Shown piece by piece: positions 39,418 through 49,085 of a stretch of 64,000 bases of DNA. Positions within the stretch are counted from its first letter, which is position 1; each line of letters starts with the position of its first letter. Origin of the DNA: Gammaproteobacteria bacterium (GTDB taxonomy: Bacteria; Pseudomonadota; Gammaproteobacteria; Poriferisulfidales; GCA-002705445); assembly GCA_045561235.1 (NCBI GenBank), contig JBJKYB010000002.1:943025-1007024 (forward strand), given 5' to 3'. Under the pieces are notes generated by a model, which was not told the origin of the DNA, ran no database searches, and worked only from the letters and a program-made list of their open reading frames with translations. The translations under genes and the position numbers were made by a program.

Positions 39418-39923
39418 TCTTTTAACCTCGGAATTAACTCTGTTAAATTACAAGGTTTATGTTCAGAATCAAGCTGGTGTTGAATAATATCAATCCAAGC
39501 ATCTTTACATGCGCCAGGCGACCCTGGCAAACAAAAAATATAAGTTGAATTTGCAACACCTGAAGTTGCTCTAGATTGTATGGTTGATGTTTTAATCTTA
39601 TTATAAGATAACATTCTAAAAATCTCTCCAAATCCATCAATTTTTTTATCAAATAAAACTTCTATAGCCTCAGGGGTTCCATCTGTGCCGGTAATACCAG
39701 TTCCACCTGTAGTAATTACAACATCTATATCCTTATTGTCTATCCATAGTGATACAATACTTCTGATAGAATATATATTGTCTTTTACAATGCCTCTTTC
39801 AGATAAATTATGATGAGACTCTTTAATGAGTTTATTGAGAATATTACCTGACTTATCATTGGCTAGTGTTCTTGAATCCGATATAGTTAAGATTGCAATA
39901 TTTAGTTTAATTTTGGTGCTCAT
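39414..39923 (-). CDS. moaB: MoaB/MogA-family molybdopterin-binding protein
   Basis: 169 aa. MoCF-biosynthesis domain with TTGGTGITGTD and LPGSPGA. Confidence 0.85.
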   Translation of the reverse strand: MSTKIKLNIAILTISDSRTLANDKSGNILNKLIKESHHNLSERGIVKDNIYSIRSIVSLWIDNKDIDVVITTGGTGITGTDGTPEAIEVLFDKKIDGFGEIFRMLSYNKIKTSTIQSRATSGVANSTYIFCLPGSPGACKDAWIDIIQHQLDSEHKPCNLTELIPRLKD

Positions 39924-39978
39924 AAAGTGATAATATTATTTATTTATGAATTATACAATAAAAGTTAGTATGTAGCAT

Positions 39979-40416
39979 ATGGAATCAACAATATTATATT
40001 CAAAAAAAATAAATCCTTATGATTTAATTCGTGATTATGAATTAAAACATTGTAATCTAAGTCTATCAGGCGCCCAAAATATATTTATTGGTTACATGAG
40101 AAAAACAAATAATATAAGAGATGATATAAATTCTATGACATTAGAATTTTATCCTGGAATGACAGAGCCATACCTCAAAAGTCTTAAAGATAATGCGAAA
40201 GAAAAATATAATCTTGATAATGTGCTGCTTGCACATAGAGTAGGTGAGGTTGATATAAAAGAATGTTTAGTTGTCATTTCTTGTTGGGCAAAACATAGAA
40301 ATCAGTGTATTGATGCAGTAAAATATATTCTAGAAGATTTAAAGCACAATGCGCCATTATGGAAAAAAGAATTTTACGAAGATAATTCTGCGGAATGGGT
40401 TGAAAAAAATACTTAG
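39979..40416 (+). CDS. moaE: Molybdopterin synthase catalytic subunit
   Basis: 145 aa. MoaE-like blocks (HRVGEV.., APLWKKE). Confidence 0.82.
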   Translation: MESTILYSKKINPYDLIRDYELKHCNLSLSGAQNIFIGYMRKTNNIRDDINSMTLEFYPGMTEPYLKSLKDNAKEKYNLDNVLLAHRVGEVDIKECLVVISCWAKHRNQCIDAVKYILEDLKHNAPLWKKEFYEDNSAEWVEKNT

Positions 40417-41663
40417 ATATAGTCATTAAATTTTATAATTTTTACAATATCATTAATTTTTGATTTTCCTTTTTCCATAGGAAGATAAATTAAACAATTT
40501 GCTTTTGTCATTGAGCTTAGAATCCCAGAACCTTGCTCCCCAACGCTAGTAACATATTTTTTATCATTTTCAATGTTATAGATTCCTCTTTGAAGCTCAG
40601 CTCTACCTTTTCTTTTTTTTAAATCTGATTTTAGTATTGCATTTTCTGTCTTCAGTTCATATTTTTTTCCTGACAAAATATTAATGGCGGGTAAAACAAA
40701 TAAGAGAAAAGTAATCATAACCGAAACCGGATTACCAGGAAGCCCAAAGAAAATTGTTTTATTTAGCCTTCCAAATGCTAGAGGTCTTCCAGGTTTTACT
40801 GCAACTTTCCAAAAATTTATATCTCCTAGCTCGTTAACTACATCTTTAATATAATCAGCATCACCGACAGAGACGCCTCCGGTTGATATTACAAGATCAG
40901 ATTCTTTCATTCCTTTAGCAAATTTTTTCTTAATGTCTGTAATATTATCTTTTGCATGTCCCAAATCAACGATGTCAATATTATTTTTTGTTAACATTCC
41001 TGTTAGCGTAAATCTATTACTATCATGCACTTTTCCATGAGGTAATTTTTTATTTATTGGAATCACCTCATCACCTGAGGTAAAGAAAGAAATTTTGGGC
41101 TTTTTAAAGACTTTTAATTTATTAATACCTTGAGACGCCAGAAGTCCCATTGCTGCTGAGTTTATAGTATCAAATTTCTTTAATAAAATTCTATTAGGAC
41201 AAATGTCCTCTCCTGCAAATCTAATATTTTGATTCTTTTTAATATTCTTTGAAATAATATTAATTGTATTTTTATCAATAATATCTGTTTCTTCTTTCAT
41301 AATTACAACATCACAATCTTTTGGAATAACTGCACCTGTCATAATTTTAATACATTCGTTCTTATTAATTTTACCCTTGTATGGTGATCCAGCTAGTGAG
41401 GAACCCGACACTTTAAAGACTTTATTTTTTTTTATGTCAAAATATCTCATCGCATATCCGTCCATTGCTGAATTATTATAATTAGGAACTTTAATTTTTG
41501 ACTTTATATTTTCATATAAAATTCTATCGTGTGATTCTATGAGGCTAACATATTCGTAAGAGTCTATTTTTTTTGTTATTTTTGTTATTTTTTTGAGAGC
41601 GTCCTCAATTAAAATTGAATTTGGATCATAATCATCCATACAACTGTATATTTTTTTTTTCAT
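40413..41663 (-). CDS. moeA: Molybdopterin molybdenumtransferase
   Basis: 416 aa. MoeA N-terminal domain, MoCF domain (STGGVSVGDADY, FGLPGNPVS) and C-terminal domain. Confidence 0.9.
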   Translation of the reverse strand: MKKKIYSCMDDYDPNSILIEDALKKITKITKKIDSYEYVSLIESHDRILYENIKSKIKVPNYNNSAMDGYAMRYFDIKKNKVFKVSGSSLAGSPYKGKINKNECIKIMTGAVIPKDCDVVIMKEETDIIDKNTINIISKNIKKNQNIRFAGEDICPNRILLKKFDTINSAAMGLLASQGINKLKVFKKPKISFFTSGDEVIPINKKLPHGKVHDSNRFTLTGMLTKNNIDIVDLGHAKDNITDIKKKFAKGMKESDLVISTGGVSVGDADYIKDVVNELGDINFWKVAVKPGRPLAFGRLNKTIFFGLPGNPVSVMITFLLFVLPAINILSGKKYELKTENAILKSDLKKRKGRAELQRGIYNIENDKKYVTSVGEQGSGILSSMTKANCLIYLPMEKGKSKINDIVKIIKFNDYI

Positions 41664-41669
41664 AATTAT

Positions 41670-42023
41670 TTAAGTTATATTTTTTAACTGAACGTATACT
41701 GCCCCTGTACCACCATCTCTTTGTTGAGCTGAATGATAAGCTAATACATTTGGATTATATTGTAAATATTGATCAACAAAGTTTTTTAGCTTTGGGCCTT
41801 CAATTCCTGAGCCATATCCTTTTCCATGAATAATAATTCCTGCTAAATTGTCCTCCATTTGAAGTTTGGGAAGCCATATATCAAGAAAATTTTCTGCTTC
41901 TATAAGATTTTTACCATGGAGATCAATTTCAAAACCTAAATTTAGCTCTCCTTTTTTCAATTTTTGAAACTTTTTCTTCTGAAAACCAGGTTTACAGTTT
42001 CCAATTATGTCATTTTTAATCAT
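41670..42023 (-). CDS. Smr-domain protein
   Basis: 117 aa. Smr signature IDLHG..A and HGKGYGS. Confidence 0.75.
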   Translation of the reverse strand: MIKNDIIGNCKPGFQKKKFQKLKKGELNLGFEIDLHGKNLIEAENFLDIWLPKLQMEDNLAGIIIHGKGYGSGIEGPKLKNFVDQYLQYNPNVLAYHSAQQRDGGTGAVYVQLKNIT

Positions 42024-42064
42024 ATTACTTCATCTAATTTATAATTTAAGTATAATCATCACAT

Positions 42065-42787
42065 ATGAAAATATTATTGTCCAATGATGACGGATATCAT
42101 GCAATTGGTATCCAAGAGCTTATTAAGCAACTAGAGAAGGAACATGATATTTACGTAGCTGCACCATCTAAGAATCACAGCGCAGGAAGTAGCGCGCTTT
42201 CAGTTCGAAAAGATATAAAAATTAATAACATAAAAAAGAATCATTATATTATTGATGGTACACCGTCAGATTGTGTGCATATAGCTCTTACGTGTTTAAT
42301 TAAGGATAAGATTGATATGGTAGTGTCAGGTATAAATTTAGGTGCAAATTTAGGCGATGATGTTATATATTCTGGAACAGTTGCAGCTGCATTAGAGGGT
42401 AGGCATTTAGAAATGTCTCCAATTGCAATATCTTTAGTTTCTCATGATAAATTAAGTATGAGTAAAGCAGCTATTGAAAGCTCTAAAATTATCCAAGAAA
42501 TAGTTTGTAAAGAAGAAATAGCAAAAAAAACTTTACTAAATATTAATATTCCCGATTTTGAAAGTGAGAACCTATCTTTTGAATTTACTAGACTTGGCAA
42601 ACGCGGTATTCCATTGCCTGCCTCAAATATAAAAGACGATTTTTACAAAATTGGTGCCGCGGGTCCTCCTGAGGATGATTCAGAGGGAACAGATTTTTAT
42701 TGTATAAATAAAAATAAAATTTCAATAACACCATTAACATATGATTTAACAAATATTGAAATTTTAAAAAAACTAAAAATAAGATGA
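42065..42787 (+). CDS. surE: 5'/3'-nucleotidase SurE
   Basis: MKILLSNDDGY, SGINLGAN and YSGTVAAA motifs. Confidence 0.93.
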   Translation: MKILLSNDDGYHAIGIQELIKQLEKEHDIYVAAPSKNHSAGSSALSVRKDIKINNIKKNHYIIDGTPSDCVHIALTCLIKDKIDMVVSGINLGANLGDDVIYSGTVAAALEGRHLEMSPIAISLVSHDKLSMSKAAIESSKIIQEIVCKEEIAKKTLLNINIPDFESENLSFEFTRLGKRGIPLPASNIKDDFYKIGAAGPPEDDSEGTDFYCINKNKISITPLTYDLTNIEILKKLKIR

Positions 42788-43452
42788 GTATAGATTTTAA
42801 AAAGTTTTCAGGTACTGGGATGACCTCTGACTCGTCAAGAGAAAAACTTATTTTAATTCTAAAAGGTGAAGGTATAAAAAATTCAAAAGTTCTTAGATCC
42901 ATGCAGTTAATCCCAAGACATATATTTGTAGATGAGGCTATTTCTAGCAAAGCCTATGATAATACCGCATTGCCAATTGGAAAATCACAAACAATATCAC
43001 ATCCTATGATAGTTGCTAAAATGACAGAAATTATTATGGCTTATGAGCCTAGAAGAGTTTTAGAGATCGGAACTGGTTCTGGTTACCAAGCTTCTATTTT
43101 GTCTTTATTAGTAGATAAAGTTTATACTATAGAAAGAATTGAATATCTTCATAATAAATCAAAAAAAATTTTCCAAAAAATTGGGATAAAAAATATATAT
43201 AGTAAATATGCTGATGGAAATACTGGGTGGCCTCAAAAAGCTCCTTTTGACGCAATTATAATTACAGCAGGAGCGACTCATATACCAGATGTTTTGCTAG
43301 ACCAATTGTCATCTAATAACGGAATATTAGTTTCTCCTATAGAAAGTAATGGAAAGCAGTATTTAAAATCGATTGTAAAATCTCAAGACAAGTATAATGA
43401 AAAAATACATGGTAAAGTAAATTTTGTGCCCTTATTAGGAGGAGTTTCTTAA
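42784..43452 (+). CDS. pcm: Protein-L-isoaspartate O-methyltransferase
   Basis: QTISHPMIVA and the SAM motif VLEIGTGSGYQA; follows surE. Confidence 0.92.
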   Translation: MSIDFKKFSGTGMTSDSSREKLILILKGEGIKNSKVLRSMQLIPRHIFVDEAISSKAYDNTALPIGKSQTISHPMIVAKMTEIIMAYEPRRVLEIGTGSGYQASILSLLVDKVYTIERIEYLHNKSKKIFQKIGIKNIYSKYADGNTGWPQKAPFDAIIITAGATHIPDVLLDQLSSNNGILVSPIESNGKQYLKSIVKSQDKYNEKIHGKVNFVPLLGGVS

Positions 43453-44024
43453 TGAAATTGTTTACTAATATCTATGATTACATTATAGATTTAGCTCATA
43501 GAGAAAATGTTACAAGGTATTTGTACGGATTAAGCTTTATTGAATCAATTTTTTTTCCAATACCTCCAGATGTTTTATTGGCGCCAATAGCTCTTACAAA
43601 AAAATATAACTGGATAAAAATTGCTTTTTATACGACATTTTATTCAGTTGTAGGTGGACTAGTAGGCTATGTTATTGGTTTATATTTATACGAATTATCA
43701 ATTTTAAATAGTATAATCAAAGAAAGTGTATTTCTTGAGGTAAAAAATCTATTTGATAAACATGGTGTTACTATAATGATTATAGCTGGTTTTTCACCAC
43801 TTCCGTTTAAAGCATTTACTATAACTGCTGGTTATATGTCCTTACCAATAATACTTTTCATAGCATCTTCTTTCATTGGGCGTTCGTTAAGATTTTTTTT
43901 AGTGGCAGCTCTTTTTCATTATCTTGGAGAAAGTATTGCAAATAAAATTAAAAAGTATTTTGAATATATAGGTTGGACAGTCGTTATTATCTTCTTATTT
44001 ATAATTTTTTCTAAGTATTTTTAG
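43452..44024 (+). CDS. YqaA-family (DedA/SNARE-associated-like) membrane protein
   Basis: FIESIFFPIPPDVLL motif and 4-5 TM helices. Confidence 0.72.
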   Translation: MKLFTNIYDYIIDLAHRENVTRYLYGLSFIESIFFPIPPDVLLAPIALTKKYNWIKIAFYTTFYSVVGGLVGYVIGLYLYELSILNSIIKESVFLEVKNLFDKHGVTIMIIAGFSPLPFKAFTITAGYMSLPIILFIASSFIGRSLRFFLVAALFHYLGESIANKIKKYFEYIGWTVVIIFLFIIFSKYF

Positions 44025-44032
44025 ATTCATTT

Positions 44033-44782
44033 ATGAAAAAAAATATTGCAATACTTATTTATGTTCTTAGTTTTTTACTTTTAGTATCATGTACAAAAAT
44101 TCATCGACATACTGAGAAATCTTCAATTCCAGAAAAGGAACCAAGGAAAGAAAGAGTATATTTTACATATGGTTTAAAATCTAAAAAAGGATCTGAGTCA
44201 GGAGATGAATACATTGTTAAGAAGGGAGATACTTTATATTCAATATCTTTAATATACGATGTTAATTATATCAAAATTGCTAAATGGAATAATATAAGAA
44301 GTCCTTATAAGTTAAGGGTTGGAGATAGGATAATAATAAAATCTAATAAATTCAGAAAGGAAGAAACTTCAGATGAAAAATATAAAGAAATTAAGAAAAA
44401 AGTTAAATATGCTAGTAACGTTAAATGGAGTAGGCCACATAATGGCAAAATCTCAAAAGAATTTTCATATAGCGATATTGGTAAAAAAGGTATAGATATT
44501 TCAGGAAAAATTGGCGACGATATATTTTCTTCTAGTGACGGTATGGTTGTATATACTGGAAACGGAATAAAAGGTTATGGTAACTTAATCATAATTAAAC
44601 ATAATGAGACTTTTCTGTCTGCATACGCACATACAAGTAAAATTCTTGTTGAAGAGAATAATTTAGTAAAGAAGGGTCAAGTTATTGCAAAATTAGGTGA
44701 TACAGACTCTATTAAACCAATTTTACATTTTCAAATTAGAAAAAACGGCAAGCCTGTTGATCCTATTAAGTATTTACCATAA
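44033..44782 (+). CDS. nlpD: LysM + M23 peptidase-domain lipoprotein (NlpD-like)
   Basis: Lipobox LLVSC, LysM (YIVKKGDTLYSISL), M23 domain (GIDISG.., FLSAYAHTS, LHFQIRKNGKPVDP). Conserved position after pcm. Confidence 0.88.
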   Translation: MKKNIAILIYVLSFLLLVSCTKIHRHTEKSSIPEKEPRKERVYFTYGLKSKKGSESGDEYIVKKGDTLYSISLIYDVNYIKIAKWNNIRSPYKLRVGDRIIIKSNKFRKEETSDEKYKEIKKKVKYASNVKWSRPHNGKISKEFSYSDIGKKGIDISGKIGDDIFSSSDGMVVYTGNGIKGYGNLIIIKHNETFLSAYAHTSKILVEENNLVKKGQVIAKLGDTDSIKPILHFQIRKNGKPVDPIKYLP

Positions 44783-45154
44783 TTAGTTAAAAATAAAAAA
44801 GCTTAGAAAGTTTCTTTTTTCAGCTAATAAAATATTATGACAACTGCATGCAGAGCTTAAATTCATCAACTCACAACCAATATTAAGCTTGTTTAATTCT
44901 AAAATAATCGGTGTTTTGTCAATGCAATCTATATCTTTTGAAGCTATAATAATTAAATCAGCATTATCTGATAGACTGTCTATAATAAAACTATCTGTAA
45001 TGCTTTTTGCTTTTGCACTACATTTTATAATAGATTTTTCGGGAGGGACTATTACATTATAGTTATATTCTTTATCTAGTACAGTTATAGAAGAATCCGT
45101 ATATGATTTAATAATATTCGAATTTGTTTCTAAAATTTGTTCGTTAAATTTCAT
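44783..45154 (-). CDS. Mth938/DUF498-like small protein
   Basis: 123 aa. The layout I.SY..SSITV.DKEY..NVIV.P and the C-terminal GCELMNLSSACSCHNILLAEKR resemble the Mth938 pattern (G..vevM.T.aAcrTyNvL..EgR) from memory. Confidence 0.5.
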   Translation of the reverse strand: MKFNEQILETNSNIIKSYTDSSITVLDKEYNYNVIVPPEKSIIKCSAKAKSITDSFIIDSLSDNADLIIIASKDIDCIDKTPIILELNKLNIGCELMNLSSACSCHNILLAEKRNFLSFFIFN

Positions 45155-45197
45155 TTAAATAATATAACATATATTAATTTCAATTAGTTATTTTAAA

Positions 45198-46370
45198 ATG
45201 TCAGATGAATTTTATAAAATAAATAGATTGCCCCCGTATATTTTTAATATTGTTAACGAACTTAAAGTTTTAGCAAGAAAAAATGGTGATGATATAATCG
45301 ATTTTGGAATGGGAAATCCTGACCAAAAGACTCCCGAACATATTATTCGAAAAATGCAAGAATGTGCTGATAAAGATAATGTTCATAGATATTCAACTTC
45401 AAAAGGTATCCCAAGACTTAGAAAAGCTATTTCAAATTGGTACGAAGAAAAATTTAATGTAGATATTGATCCCGACGAAGAAGCAATTGTGACTATAGGA
45501 TCAAAGGAAGGCTTGGCTCATTTAGCTTTAGCAACTTTAAACCAGGGCGACTCAGTAATTGTTCCAAGTCCGGCGTATCCAATACATCCTTATGGTGCGA
45601 TTATTGCTGGAGCAGAAGTAATTTATATAAAAGTCGAAGATGATAGCGACTCTTTTTTCAAATCCTTAGATGATTCAATAAATAATTCTTGGCCAATACC
45701 AAAAATGATAATAGCAAACTTTCCATCAAATCCAACTACACGCTGTGTAGATATAGATTTTTTAAAAGAACTTGTAAGGATTGCAAAAAAATATAATATT
45801 TTTCTTGTTCATGATATAGCATATGCTGATTTAGTATACGATGGGTATAAAGCTCCATCATTATTAGAAGTAAAAGGTGCAAAAGACATCGCAGTTGAAT
45901 TTTTTACATTATCTAAATCATATAATATGCCCGGTTGGAGAATAGGCTTTATGTGTGGGAATAAAAAACTGGTGAATGCATTATCAAGAATAAAATCATA
46001 TATGGATTACGGTACATATACACCTTTACAAGTAGGCGCAATTGCTGCACTAGAAGGTCCTCAGGATTGCGTAGAAAATATAAGATTAATGTACAAGAGT
46101 AGAAGAGATACTCTTTGTAAAGGCTTAAATGATATAGGTTGGCATGTAGAACCACCAAAAGCAACTATGTTTGTTTGGAGTGAAATACCGGAAAAATTTA
46201 GAGAATTAGGTTCTTTAGAGTTTAGTAAGATGCTACTCAAAGATACTAATGTTGCTGTATCTCCTGGAATAGGGTTTGGCAAACATGGTGACAATTTTGT
46301 TCGATTTAGTTTAATTGAAAATGAACAAAGGACCAAGCAAGCTGTAAGAAGCCTTAAAAATATTATATAA
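45198..46370 (+). CDS. Class I PLP-dependent aminotransferase (AlaC/aspartate aminotransferase-like)
   Basis: 390 aa. PLP lysine block SKSYNMPGWRIG, plus NPDQKTP and NPTT blocks. Confidence 0.82.
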   Translation: MSDEFYKINRLPPYIFNIVNELKVLARKNGDDIIDFGMGNPDQKTPEHIIRKMQECADKDNVHRYSTSKGIPRLRKAISNWYEEKFNVDIDPDEEAIVTIGSKEGLAHLALATLNQGDSVIVPSPAYPIHPYGAIIAGAEVIYIKVEDDSDSFFKSLDDSINNSWPIPKMIIANFPSNPTTRCVDIDFLKELVRIAKKYNIFLVHDIAYADLVYDGYKAPSLLEVKGAKDIAVEFFTLSKSYNMPGWRIGFMCGNKKLVNALSRIKSYMDYGTYTPLQVGAIAALEGPQDCVENIRLMYKSRRDTLCKGLNDIGWHVEPPKATMFVWSEIPEKFRELGSLEFSKMLLKDTNVAVSPGIGFGKHGDNFVRFSLIENEQRTKQAVRSLKNII

Positions 46371-46377
46371 TAAAAAT

Positions 46378-47697
46378 ATGAACAATAGAGCAATTAAAAT
46401 TGGCATAGCAGGCTTAGGTACTGTTGGTAGTGGTGTTATTAATCTTTTAAAAAAAAATACTGAAGAGATTTCAAAAAGAAGTGGATTTGAAATTAAATTA
46501 GAATGTGTTTCTGCAAGCGATAAAACTAAAAAAAGAATTTGCGATATAAGTGGGTTAAGATTTTATTCAGACCCAATAGAAATGTTAGATAAAGAAACTA
46601 TTGATATTTTTATTGAACTCGTCGGCGGAGAAACAATTTCAAAAGATTTGGTCACAAAAGCATTAAAAAATAATATACATGTAGTGACTGCTAATAAAGC
46701 TTTAATTGCTCTTCATGGTAATGAAATCTCTAAAATATCTAATAATAATAATTCTGATATTTACTATGAAGCTTCAGTTGCTGGTGCTGTTCCAATTATA
46801 AGAGTTATTAGAGAATCCCTTAATGCAAACGATATTAATTGGATCGCTGGTATTATTAATGGAACAACAAATTATATTCTAACAGAGATGTTAAAATCGA
46901 AAAAAGATTTCGATGTAGTTTTGAAGGAAGCTCAAGATCTTGGTTATGCAGAGGCAGATCCATCATTTGACGTTGGTGGTATTGATGCTGCACATAAATT
47001 AACAATTTTATCTTCCTTATGTTTTGGCATACCATTGGATTTTAGTTCAATTCATGTTGAAGGGATTGAAGCTATTGAGCTAGACGATTTAAATTATGCT
47101 CGAGAACTTGGATACTCGATAAAACATTTAGCTATAGGTAGGAAAAATGAAGATGGAATTGAGTTAAGAGTTCACTCATGTTTAATACCTGAAAAAAGAT
47201 TACTAGCAAATGTTGATGGCGTTAAAAATGCTGTTGTTATATCTTCTGATGCCGCTGGCCCTACATTGTATTATGGAGCCGGTGCCGGAAGTTTAGCTAC
47301 AGCCTCATCAGTTGTGTCTGACATAATTGATATAGGACGAAAAATAGTATCCAAGTCAAGTAACACCATTCCATTTTTAAGCTATCATAATAATGAATTG
47401 AGAAATAAAAGAATTTTAGACATTAATGAAATAGTCTCTAGGTATTATTTAAGGATAAGAGTTACAAATAAACCCGGTGTTCTTGCAGATATTACAAAAA
47501 TCTTTGGTAAAAAATCTATAAGTATAGAGTCAATTCTTCAAAAAGAAGATTTAATAAATGATAAAAATGTTCCTATAGTATTAGTTACTCACGAGGTTTT
47601 AGAAAAAAATATTATTGATGCTCTTAAAGATATCGAAAGTTTAGATGTTGTAAAAGGTAAAATAGTAAAAATCAGAATAGAGGAATTAGATTCTTAA
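46378..47697 (+). CDS. hom: Homoserine dehydrogenase
   Basis: GLGTVGSGV NAD site, catalytic block LGYAEADPSFDVGGIDAAHK, and a C-terminal ACT domain. Confidence 0.93.
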   Translation: MNNRAIKIGIAGLGTVGSGVINLLKKNTEEISKRSGFEIKLECVSASDKTKKRICDISGLRFYSDPIEMLDKETIDIFIELVGGETISKDLVTKALKNNIHVVTANKALIALHGNEISKISNNNNSDIYYEASVAGAVPIIRVIRESLNANDINWIAGIINGTTNYILTEMLKSKKDFDVVLKEAQDLGYAEADPSFDVGGIDAAHKLTILSSLCFGIPLDFSSIHVEGIEAIELDDLNYARELGYSIKHLAIGRKNEDGIELRVHSCLIPEKRLLANVDGVKNAVVISSDAAGPTLYYGAGAGSLATASSVVSDIIDIGRKIVSKSSNTIPFLSYHNNELRNKRILDINEIVSRYYLRIRVTNKPGVLADITKIFGKKSISIESILQKEDLINDKNVPIVLVTHEVLEKNIIDALKDIESLDVVKGKIVKIRIEELDS

Positions 47698-47698
47698 T

Positions 47699-49084
47699 TT
47701 ATATTATATTTTCAATTATATATTTTTTGACCATGCTCAAATCATTATCTAAATTAATGTACTTTTCTTCAGAATCGAGAATTTTTTTTAGATTTTTAGG
47801 CTGTTCTGGTAGAATCCCAATTGATTTTTCAATAGAATCAGGAAATTTTGAAGGATGAGCACATGCTAATGCAATATTTATGTCTTGATTATTAAGTTCA
47901 TTTAGAATATTTAAGCTTGTAGCTGTATGGGGGTCAGAAATATATTTATATTCGTCATAAAACATTTTAATTGTTTTAGATGTTAGATTATCGTCAATTC
48001 CTTTTGACTTATAATACATTTTCAAATTATCGTGAATCTTTCCTTTAAGATCATATTTTTTATTTTTGATAAATGAAAGCATTAATTCTTTTAATTCTGT
48101 TGAGTTATAATTTACAGATTCAAATAGTTGCCTTTCAAAATTACTTGATATTTGTATATCCATACTAGGACTAATTGTTTTTTTTACGTCTTTTAAAGAC
48201 ATGTCGCCATCATATATAGTTCTATGCATAATATCGTTGGAATTTGTAGCAACATATAGTTTTTCAATTGGCAGACCCATAGTTCCTGAAATGTGAGCCG
48301 CATACACATTTCCAAAATTCCCAGTAGGAACAATGAAATTTACTTTTTTATCATATTGTGAGGCTTGAATATATGCCCAAAAAAAATATACAGATTGAGA
48401 CATAATTCTTGCCCAATTTATAGAATTTATCGCAGATAAAGTTGTTTTTGATCTCAAATCATCAGAAACAAATAGTTTTTTTATAATGTTCTGACAATCA
48501 TCAAAAGTTCCATCAATTGCTACATTGTAAACATTACTTGATTTAATTGTAGTCATTTGTTTTCTTTGGATATCAGAGGTTTTATTTTTTGGATGTAATA
48601 TAAAAATTTTTATGTTTTCTTTATCTTTACAAGCATCAATAGCAGCTGAACCGGTATCCCCAGATGTTGCACCAATAACTGTAATACTTTTATTTTTTTT
48701 ATTTAAATAATACTGAAAAAGATTTCCAAGCATCTGTAACGGATAGTCTTTAAAAGCATATGTAGGGCCATGAAATAACTCTAAAATATATTTATTGTTA
48801 TTAATATTAATTAATGGGGCTACTTTTTTATGCGAAAATAATTTGTACGTATTTTCAGCAATTTCTAAAAGTTCTGCATCTTTTATTGTGTCACCAACAT
48901 AATTTTTGATAATGATTTTAGCTAGTTCTGGATATGTAATAGATTTATTATTTAATATTTTATTTAAATCTATTTTTGGCCATTTTTTTGGCATATACAA
49001 CCCACCATCTTGAGCTAGGCCTTCTATAATTATTTCATCAAATGATTTTTCTAAATTTGAGTTTCTTGTACTACAGTACTTCAT
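47699..49084 (-). CDS. thrC: Threonine synthase (long form)
   Basis: 461 aa. MKYCSTR N-terminus, PLP lysine block PTYAFKDY, and GATSGDTGSAA. Confidence 0.92.
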   Translation of the reverse strand: MKYCSTRNSNLEKSFDEIIIEGLAQDGGLYMPKKWPKIDLNKILNNKSITYPELAKIIIKNYVGDTIKDAELLEIAENTYKLFSHKKVAPLININNNKYILELFHGPTYAFKDYPLQMLGNLFQYYLNKKNKSITVIGATSGDTGSAAIDACKDKENIKIFILHPKNKTSDIQRKQMTTIKSSNVYNVAIDGTFDDCQNIIKKLFVSDDLRSKTTLSAINSINWARIMSQSVYFFWAYIQASQYDKKVNFIVPTGNFGNVYAAHISGTMGLPIEKLYVATNSNDIMHRTIYDGDMSLKDVKKTISPSMDIQISSNFERQLFESVNYNSTELKELMLSFIKNKKYDLKGKIHDNLKMYYKSKGIDDNLTSKTIKMFYDEYKYISDPHTATSLNILNELNNQDINIALACAHPSKFPDSIEKSIGILPEQPKNLKKILDSEEKYINLDNDLSMVKKYIIENII

Positions 49085-49085
49085 T

